A program made the position numbers and the translations under genes. Below are positions 31,560 through 44,277 of a DNA stretch of 64,000 nucleotides, piece after piece. The notes under the pieces were generated by a model, which was not told the DNA's origin, did no database searches, and saw only the letters and a program-made list of their open reading frames with translations. The DNA is from Octopus bimaculoides. Taxonomy: Eukaryota. Position 1 is the first letter of the stretch; each line of letters begins with the position of its first letter. The stretch is from NCBI RefSeq assembly GCF_001194135.2, contig NC_068990.1:55381370-55445369 (forward strand). The letters are read 5' to 3'.

Positions 31560-31830
31560 CTAGAATGGAGTAATTCCTGGTATCTAAAGAAGAATCCAAG
31601 TTTTAGCAATTTAATATATGGCCCCAAGGAGACCTCACAATGGTAAAGAAAACTGAGATGATATGGTCTGTAGCAAAACCCAGTAACCTTGCAAAGTCCA
31701 TTTTTCAAGGAATTATGGAAGAGAAAAGAAGTGGGCAGAAAAATGTTGGTCAGATAACTGCAAGAATTGGGCAAGCAAATCACTATCTGAAACCCAAGCT
31801 CAGGCACCCAGCCATGATTTTTTTTTTGAA
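31560..31830 (+). mobile_element. RTE LINE C-terminal remnant
   Basis: RKLR*YG..NLAKSIFQGIMEEKR..KCWSDNCKNW resembles RTE/BovB LKWFGH..LAKTILQG..WLDNI. Confidence 0.65.
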
Positions 31831-32099
31831 GAGTAGTGTTATCTGCAATTTCTTTCTCAATCTAAGAGAAAGAGATCTGTAGAAAGTATCTGACGATTAC
31901 TGAGATAATAAAAAGGAGGTGATTGCTGACAGCAGTTGCCATTACTTTTGAGATATTGGAAGTGAACTTGGAGATAAATACGAGAGTAAGTTTCAAAGAT
32001 TGGAACAGAGAGAGAAAATAAAACATTTGGCAAAAATAGAGGCTAGTTTTTTAGAGTGTATAATTTGAGGGTAATAGAAGAGACATTGTTATGATCTGC

Positions 32100-32350
32100 T
32101 TTCTTGCAGAGCTGGAATGATCATTGGAGTTTTCAAGCTTGGAAACTAATATATTATGGTGTAACTAGGAGCATGGAAAAAGAGAGCTTTAGAGGACTAT
32201 GATTAATAGGAAGAGACTGAGGACTGAACCATGACAGTCTCTTAACTCCACATTGGATTTATCACTGAAGTCATTGCCAAATCTAGCTTCACTTATAGCA
32301 TCCTTGTACATAGCTTAAACTATCTGCACAAGCCTTTCATCTATACCTGG
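32100..32350 (-). mobile_element. RTE LINE reverse transcriptase remnant
   Basis: GIDERLVQIV*AMYKDAISEARFGNDFS..HGSVLSLFLLIIV resembles RTE GVHQGSVLSPLLFIIV. Confidence 0.6.
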
Positions 32351-33779
32351 TGTGTGCAGGTGGTTCAAGCTATGGAAAACCTTCCTTGTGTTGTTGGTAT
32401 GATAAAATGAACCCAGCCTATGCTGTAAAATTGTAGCTGGCAAGAAGAGTATTCAGAAACACCCCAAAACTTGACATGTATAACAACAAAAATTTTCTTT
32501 GTTGCTTTGCATGCCAGATGAGAGATCATGGCAAGTGAGAGACACTTGGCTGGAACAGAGCTTTTCAAACCATGCCTACACAGAAAACGTACGTAAAATG
32601 ATGGTGGTGAGATGTTGATGATGATTCTTATAAAATGAATATCAGTTTTATAAAAGATTTCTTTTTTTTAATGATCTGAATAACTTTCAATTAATTATTA
32701 TTTGTCAATTACTTGTAAAAATTCAATGAAAATTAAAATTTAAAAAAATTAAGAAATTTCAGATGAAAAATACTTATCTTTATGAATTGCCAGCAAATAA
32801 ATCTAAAAGATAGTTTTTAAGTTTTACTTTTAAATATCCATTAAATGTATTTCTTGAAACACATCAAATTGTTCTAAAACATCAAAACATAAGAACATGG
32901 AATGGAAGAGATAAGAAAACATAGTTATGCATGATGTATTTTTCATGATAAATTTGGTTAAAATCCTAACATGATATTTTCTCCAATTTTGCTCAACACA
33001 ATCTGTTCTTGAGAAAGACAAGATGGAATAGACAGGACAAGATCAGAGAGAAGAGGTGACACAAAAAACGGATAGTCATTAAAGAGGTCACAAAATGTGT
33101 GATGAAAGAACTCTGACAAATAAACTAATAATAATAATAATGATAAAACTAAAGAGAAGATCAAATAGCTAGTGCATGTGTTTACTGGCAAAATAAATCC
33201 CCAAATATAGGTACTTATTTATGTATTTATGATAGCAGAGTTAAAGCAGTCTGTATGGAAATATAATTTTCAGAAGTCTTCATTGAACCACAGAATTTTG
33301 ACAGTAATGTAAGAATGAATTTAGCCCAGAAAGTGTCATATGAATTTACTCCATTAGCTGGCAATATTGTCTTCCTCTGGATTTGAAACTACACTTTTCC
33401 TCAGATTGCTGTCTCATCTGAAGGAATTTTCTAAATCTTTTGTAGTTATTTTTTAAAATATAAACTTGTTTAAAACTGGGTAAATCTAGTAGGGAGTATC
33501 GATACCTTAAAAGTGAATATTGAGTTGTCATTTCATTTATTCATATAGAAACACTGCAAGTCTTTGTTATTTGGTATCTGTTAAACTATTAACTGGGTAT
33601 TTCTACTTTTTGTGATGTACATTAGATTAATGTGAATGTTCACTTCTTTCTGCTCATGTGTTTTGAAAGAAAATTAAAGTTAAAAAAAGAAATGTAATAC
33701 TGAAAAATCAGGTTTATGGTTAAAAAAAACTCATATATTTAGAAAATTTGATGGTTTTTTTTTTAAATAGCTGCGTGTT

Positions 33780-34049
33780 GCGTATTCATACCTCTCTTTC
33801 CGGTTTCTACTCAAAACTGTTTACAGATTACAACTATCTCATGAACTTGCGTTCGTGAGGAGCGCGAAGCTTTCCGATGGTTGTGAAAATTTTTTTTTTT
33901 CAAACTAGGCTCTGCTATTCCTATATGGGTCGTTATTTTGGCTGAGACACCATCTCCAGGCTGGCAGCATCAGCTGAGAGTACGAAATAGACAAGGGCAA
34001 GTAATGCAGACCGACTAATGAGAATAGAAAAAGTTCTAAAATGGCCGCC
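33780..34049 (+). promoter_or_regulatory. Putative ABCF3 promoter/5' leader; YY1-type motif AAAATGGCCGCC overlapping the start codon
   Basis: Local CpG enrichment in an otherwise CpG-poor window, directly upstream of the ATG; AAAATGGCCGCC at 34038-34049; ETS-like TTTCCGG near 33797. Confidence 0.55.
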
Positions 34050-34122
34050 CCGACTAGTTGTGTTGAGCTTCTCGGGTCTTTATTCCCAGATATTGACCCT
34101 CAAATATCAAATTATGTCACCG
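34041..34122 (+). CDS. ABCF3: ABCF3 exon 1 (start codon)
   Basis: aaaATGG context; [27 protein letters not shown](G); donor GTGAGT. Confidence 0.9.
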
Positions 34123-37100
34123 GTGAGTGTATTGGTACGATTCTCAGGTTAAAATTTCATGTACTATACAATCGTTTTGAAAACAAAAACAGATAGAGAT
34201 GGTGCTAAAGTTGTATTTATTTCAGTTTTGAAATCCCCGCACATCTGTCATTTGGTTCTCAGAAGTTTTGATATTGATTTCTATTCTATCTTGTTGCATC
34301 GAATGTAACCTACACATTTCGTTTTACAATATTTATCTAATTTCCCACGACTTAAATTCAATGTATTTCGTTTTATATATCTTAATCCGGACACTGTTTT
34401 CTTTCAGTTTCGTTCGGTAATCAACCATATTTTACTGATACTTTATAAGCAATATTTATAATATGCAAGGTTGTATATAACTAACGAACACTGAAAAATC
34501 TAGTTATACCAACTCTTTACAAATCAACCATTGTTTACTTATCACAAGTTTCTACAACTTATTTTTTTTTATTGAGCCGCCACGTGTTCTTAATTTATTT
34601 CTTTAATTAGAACTCTTTTTAATTCGACACTAATACGCTGACGATAGATTTTTTTTTTATTTGTGCTTAAAAATGTATGTGTAATCATGTGAGAGTATTC
34701 ATAGGTCTCTGGTGAATGATTTTCCGTTTTTCCTAAAACTCTATCCATGATCGCATCTATTGTGCTTGGTTCATGAACTACTATCACTAGCTTGTGCTTG
34801 GCAGTATATCTATCTTATTCCATACCATTCTTACGTTAGGTGCTTTCTATCACTTCCAGTCATTATATCATTCAACACACTTTTATCAAGATTGCCAATC
34901 AATTCGTAATTCTTAGACTGTATAAATTATCGTTGTTCTTTAACTACACATCCTGTCTCTCATATTTGATGACACTTCTCAAGTTAAGCATCTTAAACTA
35001 AGAGATTTTTTTTCTCTTTTATTGAATGTGTTATGATAATACGATAGAATTGAAAAGTCTGACAATACTAACCGTTCCTAGTTGTTTGACGGCGTCATGC
35101 CGGTTGGTAAAAACAATGAACAAGCATTTCACTTCCTTTCGAGTGAGGTTTTGACCAGCTGAAAGGGCTTAAGTTTGTCTGGATCTCTGTTTGTGTATAA
35201 TTAGAAGTTTATACAACATACAAATACATATTTCGTTAAACGAACTGGAAAGCGGTTTAATATTGAGCTGATCGTATTCTCTTATGATTAAGTATAGGAA
35301 GAGAGTACATTATATATTTCCTATTCTAAGAAAAAAAAAAAAAAAATTTAGCTGATCTTCTGACACCTGCGATGCCATCATCTGAGTGATTTAATTGGGT
35401 TGGTAGGCTTTGTCGGAAAAGTGTTGTATTGTGAATGGCTGGTATTCATAAAGAGTTTAGCCTTTGCGAACACATTCAATGCTTATCAAAACCTCATTTG
35501 GGACTCTGTTAGGACCTTGATTACACTCCGAATCAAATAAAAGAACCAAAATTAGGAAGCATAAAATATTAGATTATCTTTTTAAATAGCTATGAAACTT
35601 CCGAATTAAAAAAAAAATATTTATTGTCATATGTGTACGAAACCCAAAAGATATTGGCATGTACTAAATAGTGAAAGTGGTTTCAATTGAAATTGTGAAA
35701 TGTAATGAACTAATTAAGTGGGTAACTTTTAAAAATAATTATTTTCTTTCATTTCTTCAGGTTTTTTAGCCATTGGATTGCATATTCCATTCATTTTCTT
35801 ACTTATAAACTTGATATATTTACTTTTATATCCTATTTAGCCATTTATTAAAATTAACATTTTCAATAATCAAAAGACAAGCATGGAACATACTATTAAT
35901 TCATATTACTTTGAGCATGTTGATTCAAAATCAAGAGAATTCCTTTTTAAATCAGAATGAGAGAAAAAATTGAACTAAAAAGAGTCTTACTGGAATTATC
36001 CAGAACACTAATATTGTCAAAAAAATTAGATTTCTTAACCCTTTAATAATCCAAACTGGCCAAATCCTGTTTTATGTACAATCTGGCCTCTCTCACACTA
36101 CAATGTTATTCTAAAAATAAACAACTACATCATTGATGTCTCAAAGTTATGAGATAATGTCTGATTGATTCAAAATAATGTGAATAAATATGCATTACAT
36201 TTGACTGAATGTTAGAGGGTTAAGAATTGGATCATATATGGAAAGAAGTAAAGATTTGGCAAGATATCTAACAAAGAATTGAGTTATTATGGTAGATGTC
36301 ACAGTTGTGCAGTGAAAGTAAAGATCCTTGAAGATGTATGTTTATTCTTTTTTTAGGAATTATTGAAGATTCTGCTGATGATTTTGATACAGCTGATGAT
36401 ATATACGAAGCAATTGGTGCTTTGTTGCTAGATTCAGCAACCGGCAAAACAGAGGATGATGTTTTTGATATATGTGAAAAATTTCATGGTATTGTCAAAA
36501 GGTAAATATTTAATTTTTCTTACAAAACTTCAAAAAAAAAAAAAAATTTCTAATTTTTCACATTCTGTTCAAATTATCTAAGAAGTATCTAATTTGCATT
36601 GGTTTTGATATAATAGATTCCACAACCAATATTGTTTTGGCTATTCTTGAAATATTCTTTGATTTATGTTTTTGGCACTTGCAGATAACTAAGAAATGTA
36701 TCAAAATCAAACCATTTCACATGCTGTAAAATGTAACAAGGAATGTTTTGAGTAAGATAACTTAGTTTTATTATGTGTCTTTTATTTACCATTTCAATAT
36801 CAGAACAACCAGTTTAAAACTGTGCTTTTACAAGGGAAGATTTATGAAAATAACCAAAGTGTCAGATTATATCATCACCATAAATTTTCTATACTAGCAT
36901 GGGTTGTCACAATACTGTCATCTGGCTCAAACAGTAAGAAAGAGAACTATAAATCACTTGTATGTGTCGTAGTTTATCTTGAATGCTTTTAGTGGCAAGC
37001 AGCTCTTTATAACATTGACTACTCTACAGTATGGATCAGGTGCTATTACCATTCAACTGGCAAGTAGATCAGTTGTCTGTTACAGGATGAGAGAGTCTCC

Positions 37101-38205
37101 TCAACCTATAGCATATACGATTGTTTTCAGGTGACTTGTAGAGTCGACATCTCTTGTTCATTCCATGTATACATTTTTGTTCCTCAACTAAGATGGTTGG
37201 TATCATAATCATGTGACAACAGTAGGTATAATCTCGAGGTGATTAATTGTTCTAAAAACATTCATTATATAATACAGTTGAACAACAAAATAAATGAAAG
37301 GCAAAATATAATGCACGTTTGATAGAATTTTATTCTCTTGTGAGTTGTCAACTTATTACACGTATCAACTAGGATATTCTTGAACCGACAAGTTTAAATC
37401 AATCAGGCAATATATTTAATTTCTGTTAAGATTGTGAGCTGCCAGAATTGTTTGCATGCTGAGCAAAATGCTTTGCATTTCATCCACGTTTATGTTCTGA
37501 GTTCAAATACCACCGAGGTCCACTTTGCCTTTCATCCCTTTTGGGGTCAATAAACTAAGTACCAGCTGAACATTGGGGCCAATGTAATCGACTTGTACAC
37601 TTTCTCAGACTTGCTGGCCTTGTGCCAAAGTTTTAAACCAAATATTTAGTTTCTGTGCATTGTGTTTCTGACCTGACCAACTTTGATAATGTTTAGATTT
37701 CATCAAAGTCAGCTTTACTTCTGCAGTTGATGAACCACCAATCAATTACTAGCATTTATTTAATTGACTGTCCTCTCTCCAGTTCTTTAGCCAGGTCAGT
37801 GTCTGAAGTGAATATTATTAGCAACAGGGTACTTTATTTGTGGCACTGTTACATTCAGTGTACTGTATTGTTGATGATTTGGCTGAAAAGCTGTATTTGA
37901 AATGGAACTGGTTTAGAGTATGGTTAATCAACTTGACCATAATTTATGGCTGTTGTTTTGACATTAGTACATCTAAGTGAAGGCGTGTGTATGTGGCTCC
38001 TTGTCTTGACATCATGTTGTGATAAACAAGCATCACTGCCAGACAGGCAATATTGTTTGTTTCCAGTTTTCCATGCAAAACATGTCTGATCATGGGGCAG
38101 TATTACCCTGCTTGGCAACAGGAATGATATCCAACTGTAGAAAATCTGTCACAATAAATTCTTACTCCTTCAAGCATGGAAAGTGTATGCTAAACAATGA
38201 TACTG

Positions 38206-38251
<46 letters not shown>

Positions 38252-39529
38252 TATATATACATATATATGTCTAGAAAGAGAGAGTATCTCCACCAAAATG
38301 TATATACACATTGAATGACTATAAAGTCAGTGTTTATTAAAATACATTTCATTTTCACAATTTAATAGACGCTATAGATGGAATGTAATTTTTTTATGAA
38401 TGTTTATTTTTGAACTGATAACTGTTCTGGTCCAGGCACTGCATTTATCAGCAAAACAGTGGAATTGCATATGTCAAGAAACATTTCATTTGGTAATTGG
38501 GGGCATTTTCATTCAATCGATGCCTTCAATTTGTTGACTGCTGCTGATTTTATACCATAAGCTTTATCTTTAAAGTATCCCCATGAGAAAATTTGATGGT
38601 GTGAAGTCCAGTGAATGTAGAGGGTATTCTACTGAACCTCTTCATCCAATCCACCTGTTTATCAAAATTTTATCAAGATTATCCCTTAGATTACTATGAT
38701 AGTGTGGGGTACCCCATCTTGCTGGAAATAAAACTTCACATTTTTGAAGTCCTCTTAAATGCTTGGCATGATTGATAGTTGCTGCAAATTCAAGCAAATG
38801 GGACTGGCAACAGTACCATAAAAAAACAAAACAAAAAAAAATGATCCAATTAATCCTTTTGATTATAAACCACACCATACTGTAATTCCTGATAAATTAA
38901 CATATTCTGTAATATGTAGATTCTCAGATACTCAGTAGTTGGTTAATTGAACCATTTAGTTTAGATGTAGCCTCATCACTTCCAAACATTCTTTGTTGGA
39001 AAGTGTGCATCTTCTATACATCTTACCAAATGCCATTCACAAAACTTCACAATTTTAGTCCAGATCATCTTCATTAAGAGTATAGATTATTGTTTGAATG
39101 TAACTTTTCTAATGACAGCACTTCAAAATGTGATGGATACTTGATTTTGAAATTCCTGTCTCACAGTTTGCTTGCTCTATAGATATTCTTAAACTGTGGT
39201 AATATATTTCTAGTAACCTTTTTTGCTTTGTGGGGCTCATTAATCTTATAGAAAAATCTCTTGTGGACGTTCTAAACAATTTCATCAGCTTCAAATTTCT
39301 CTCTTATTTGAGTGAGGTTAAGCTACAAAAGTAGATCTGATTGAAACTCCCTTCCAAACGTTCTTTGCACTTTGGCTGTTTTCAAATTTCCAGTAACATT
39401 TTAGGATAAATTTTCTTTGTTCAAAGTTTAGTCTGGCTCTCTTTATTATTTCTAATGGATTAAATGTGAAAGGGAATGAAAATTGAGTTATTAGCTGTTA
39501 AACATGTGTGTGTATGTGTGTATATATGA

Positions 39530-39584
<55 letters not shown>

Positions 39585-42500
39585 CGGTGTTTGAATTTAT
39601 AAAAACCAAAAGAGGAAGACAAGTGAAGGAACAACAAGCAGGTGCATTAGTTTGATGCACGGGAAGAATGGAAAAGTCTTTGATGTTTTGGGCCTATGCT
39701 CTTTATCAGAAAGGATCGAGAGGAAAAAAATGGAGAGAGAATGCAAAAAAACGGAGCGAGAAAAAATGTGTAGGGATTAACAGTTCAACTTGATGAAATG
39801 TTATGTCTATATATCATCATCATCATTTAACATCTGTTCTCCATACTGGCATGGGTTGGATGGTTTGATAGGAGCCGGCATGCTGGAGAGCTGCATTAGG
39901 CTTCATTGTCTACTTTGGCATAGTTTCTATGGCTGGATGCCCTTCCTAATGCCAACCACTTAACAGAGTATACTGGGTGCTTATGTGGAACCAGCACGAG
40001 TGCTTTTTACATGGCACCAGTGGGGACACCAAATAACTTGAAGAGGTCAGCTGATTGTTGTTTGTAGCACAAAATTTGATGTGTTAGTAGATCAGCCCAG
40101 TTACCTATAAGGATTATTTCTCAATGGCTCTTGTTAGAATCTTTCTTTATATGATTCAGATATGGATTAGTTTTCTTAGAATACAACATTAATTGATCAT
40201 TTCACTACATATTGTCAGTTAATGTTGAGTATTACTAATATTATTGTTTAGCCCCTAGTTCTGATTGAGTAGATTTGTAGTCATTATAGCACTATCTTGT
40301 CTTTTTTCCAGACATAATTTATCTAGGAGTATGTTATCCAATGTGTATCCTTCTTTTTTTGAAGATGGCAGTATATAAGTTGAGAGACATTTGGCCATGC
40401 CTCTTAGCTTGTGCGATTGTAGAGGCTATGTGTGTTAATAGTATCACAGTTTTTGCATGTCTTGACTTCTATTCTAATACATTTCTACTAAATCAATATC
40501 TTTGTATTTTAGCCTCTAATTTTTAAGATTTCATTTAAAACTATATGAATGCTTTATTATTTTCACAGTTCACAATCATCAGATACCATGGAACATAAAG
40601 TTTTAAATTCTCCTATTCAGATTGGGTCTTTGAGTCTCAATACAAATGTTCAAACTGTAGAACCTCAAAGTATCTGGTTAACAAAAAAGGAGAACGTTTC
40701 TGTAAGTATATGAAAACAGAACATTTCTCTAACTTATTTTCCAATGTATATTATCCATTCATTAAAAAGTTTTGCAAAACGAAATAAATTAACTGCATTT
40801 TCCAGCATCCAGGTCAAAATTTACAGCCAACAAAAAAATGTTGATCAACTTATACATCAAGACAATTTTGGAAGACCAAAGATTCCATGTGAAATGCAGC
40901 AGGATTTGGAAAGATAGTGACGATGTTTGAATGTTTACATTACATACTACGTTGACTTGTGTGTTGGAAAATACAGTAGTTCATCATGAAGAAGAGAAAA
41001 AGTTTAACATTTCAGGACTAGACTCTTGGCGAAGGCTCAAATGTTTAGGAAATAATTGGTGCTTTGTTACCAGATTCAGCAACAATCAAAACAAAAGATA
41101 ATAATTTTGATATATTCTTTTATTATTTTACTTGTTTCAGTCATTTGACTGTTGCCATGCTGGAACACCACCTTGAAGGGTTTTTAGTGGAACAATTTGA
41201 CCCCAGGACTTTTTTTCTAGTCTAGTACTTATTCTAATTGTCTGCTAAGTTACGGAGATGTAAACACACCAGCACTAGTTATCAAGCAGTGATGGGGGAA
41301 CAGACANNNNNNNNNNTACAGTAGTTCATCATGAAGAAGAGAAAAAGTTTAACATTTCAGGACTAGACTCTTGGCGAAGGCTCAAATGTTTAGGAAATAA
41401 TTGGTGCTTTGTTACCAGATTCAGCAACAATCAAAACAAAAGATAATAATTTTGATATATTCTTTTATTATTTTACTTGTTTCAGTCATTTGACTGTTGC
41501 CATGCTGGAACACCACCTTGAAGGGTTTTTAGTGGAACAATTTGACCCCAGGACTTTTTTNNNNNNNNNNAATCCACTCACAAAGTTTTGGTTGGCCCAA
41601 GGCTATAGTAGAAGATACTTTCCCAAAGTGTCATGCAATTTGACTGAACCTGGAACCATGTGGTTGGGCAGCAAGCTTCTTACCCCACAGTTACATTTGA
41701 AGGTATTTAAAGTAGTGACTTGACAGAGTCATTAGAGTGTTAAATGAAATGCTTTTTGGTGTATATTCTGTCTCCTTGCATTCTGAGTTCAAATTCTGCT
41801 GAGGCCAGTTTGTATTTCATCCTTCCAGGATCGTTAAATACAGTACCAGTCTAGGACAGTAGGACTGGGAGAATTGTTTGGGCATTTGATGAAATGCCTT
41901 GCTGTATTTACTCTGGCCATCAGGTGTAGCTGTGTGGTTAAGAAGCTTGCTTCCTAACCATGTGGTTTGGGGTTCAGTTCCACTGGCTATGTCTTCTACT
42001 ATAGCCCCAGGTCGACCAAAGTCTTGTAGGTGGATTTGACTGGAAACTAAAAGGAGCCTGTCAAATATATGTCTGTGTGTGTGACACTACACTCTCTGAA
42101 TGGTTGGCGTTAGGAAGGGCATCCAGCTGTAGAAACTCTGCCAAATTAGATTGGAGCCTGGTGTTGCCATCCGGTTTCACCAGTCCTCAGTNNNNNNNNN
42201 NGGTGTTGCCATCCGGTTTCACCAGTCCTCAGTCAAATCGTCCAACCCATGCTAGCATGGAAAGCGGACGTTAAACGATGATGATGATGATGATGATGAT
42301 GAATAAACACAGTTTCTCATGTTGTCAAAGGGTCCAGCCTGAAAATGTAGATGTCTCCTCTTATGTAAAATTTTTTGCATTTTGTGAGCTTTTTGTACTT
42401 AATCTTTGTTAATGTAGACCATCACTAGTTACCTTGCATTCTACTATTTCACATTATTGTCCATGAGTTGGTATTGATTGAGCAAACCTACAATCAAAGG

Positions 42501-44246
42501 TTTTCCTTTCATTACCATTTATTTTTATTTTCAAGTTTTTTTTTTTTAAGACAGCAGACATGATTTGAAAGAAATTTTGCTGTTGTTATGGCTCCCTCAT
42601 TCATTGGCTTGTCATTATCTCCACCCCAACTCTCAAATGCATATATTCTATTACTTGTTTCAGTCATCTGACTGCGGCCATGCCAGTGCACTACCTTGAA
42701 GGATTTTTAGTTGAACAAATCGACTCTGGGACTTATTTTTAAAGCCTAGTACTTATTCTGTTGTTTGTACTTTTGCTGAACTGCTAGGCTACAGGGACCT
42801 AATTGCACCACCACCGGTTGTCAAGCAGTGATGGGGGGACAAACACAGGCACAAAGACAGACACACATAGATAGATAGATGCATGCAGGCTTCTTTCAGT
42901 TTCTGTCTACCAAATTCACTCAAAAGGCTTTGGTTGGCCTGGGGCTATAGTAGAAAACTCTTGCCCAAGGTGCCATGTAGTGGGACTAAACCCAGAACCA
43001 TGTGGTTGGAAAGCAAGCTTCTTACCACATGGCCACAGCTATTGTCCATATTTTTTATTAAGGTTTAAATTTTGATTGATGTTCGTTGGTTAGTTAGTTT
43101 GGTGCAGCTGTTATAAGTGCAGGTGTAGCTGTGTGGTTAGGAAATTTGTGTACTAATCACATATGGTTCCATGTTCAATCCCACCACACAACACATTTGG
43201 CAAGTGTCTAATGCTGTAACCTTGGGCTGGCCAAAGCCTTGTGAGTGGATTTGGCAGACAGAAACTGAAAGAAGCCTGTCCTGTGAGATTTGTGTGTCTG
43301 TGTGTTTGTGTCTCCTTGTCTTGACATTGCATGATAGTTGTAAATCAGTGTCATTCTCATACAAGCAGTATCATTAATTTTCAATATTCTGTGGGAACAT
43401 GTCTAGTTATGGAGAAAGTTACCTTGCTTGAAAACAGGAAGGGGTGTGGTTTGGCGACAGGAAGGGCATCCAACTGTTGAAAATCTGCCTCAGTAAACTT
43501 TGTCTGAACCATGCAAGCATGGAAACGTAGTTATTAAAAACGACAATGACGACAACAACTATTATTATTATTATTGCCAAAATGATCAGGGTTGTATATG
43601 TATTTCTATTTTAAAATTAATATTCCTATTTCATTGCAGCAAGTTGACCAGAAAAAGTTAGAAAAGGCTGAAGCAAAACTTCAGAAGAAAAATGAAAAAA
43701 GAGCATCTCAAACAACAACTGTTAAAAAAGTAACGAATGGGTAAGAAATCTTGAATATCTCAACTTCTGAGATGAAGTAATGAAATATTTATTTTGTTGT
43801 TCAATGTTTATTGTTTTGTTTAGATTAGGCTCTGATCATCTTTTAGTTAATCAGCATAAGGATATGTTTATTTGATGGCATAAAAGAGGCACTCCAATTT
43901 TAGCAGTTTCTAGTACGTTACTACTTACGGGAGACCCATATTCGCATATAGGACTTAGGGTGATTTTTGTTTTTGTAAAATGTGCATCTTATATACCATC
44001 AATTATAATATGTAGGGTTAGGGAAACTGAAGACAGTTGAAGTATGGAAAGATCAAAACTCAGGAGAAGAAACCTTAGAAACTACGTATTATGTCCCAGA
44101 CTCTCACACACACCTGGTGCAAGTATGGCTGTATTGTTAAGGAATTCATTTTGCAACCTTGTGGGTTTTGGGTTTGCTCTCACAGCAAGGACAAATGTTT
44201 TTTTTTTACTATATCTTGAGATTGACCAGTATTATGAGATTATATA

Positions 44247-44277
<31 letters not shown>

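Noticed and set aside
35030-35165. Possible intronic C/D snoRNA boxes in ABCF3 intron 1
   Set aside because: The C boxes are imperfect, the spacing is too short, and there is no terminal stem.
35735-35770. Strong polypyrimidine tract and CAG|GT in ABCF3 intron 1 (recursive splice site or cassette exon)
   Set aside because: GTTTTT is a poor donor, no downstream donor or ORF is evident, and exons 1 and 2 already join in phase.
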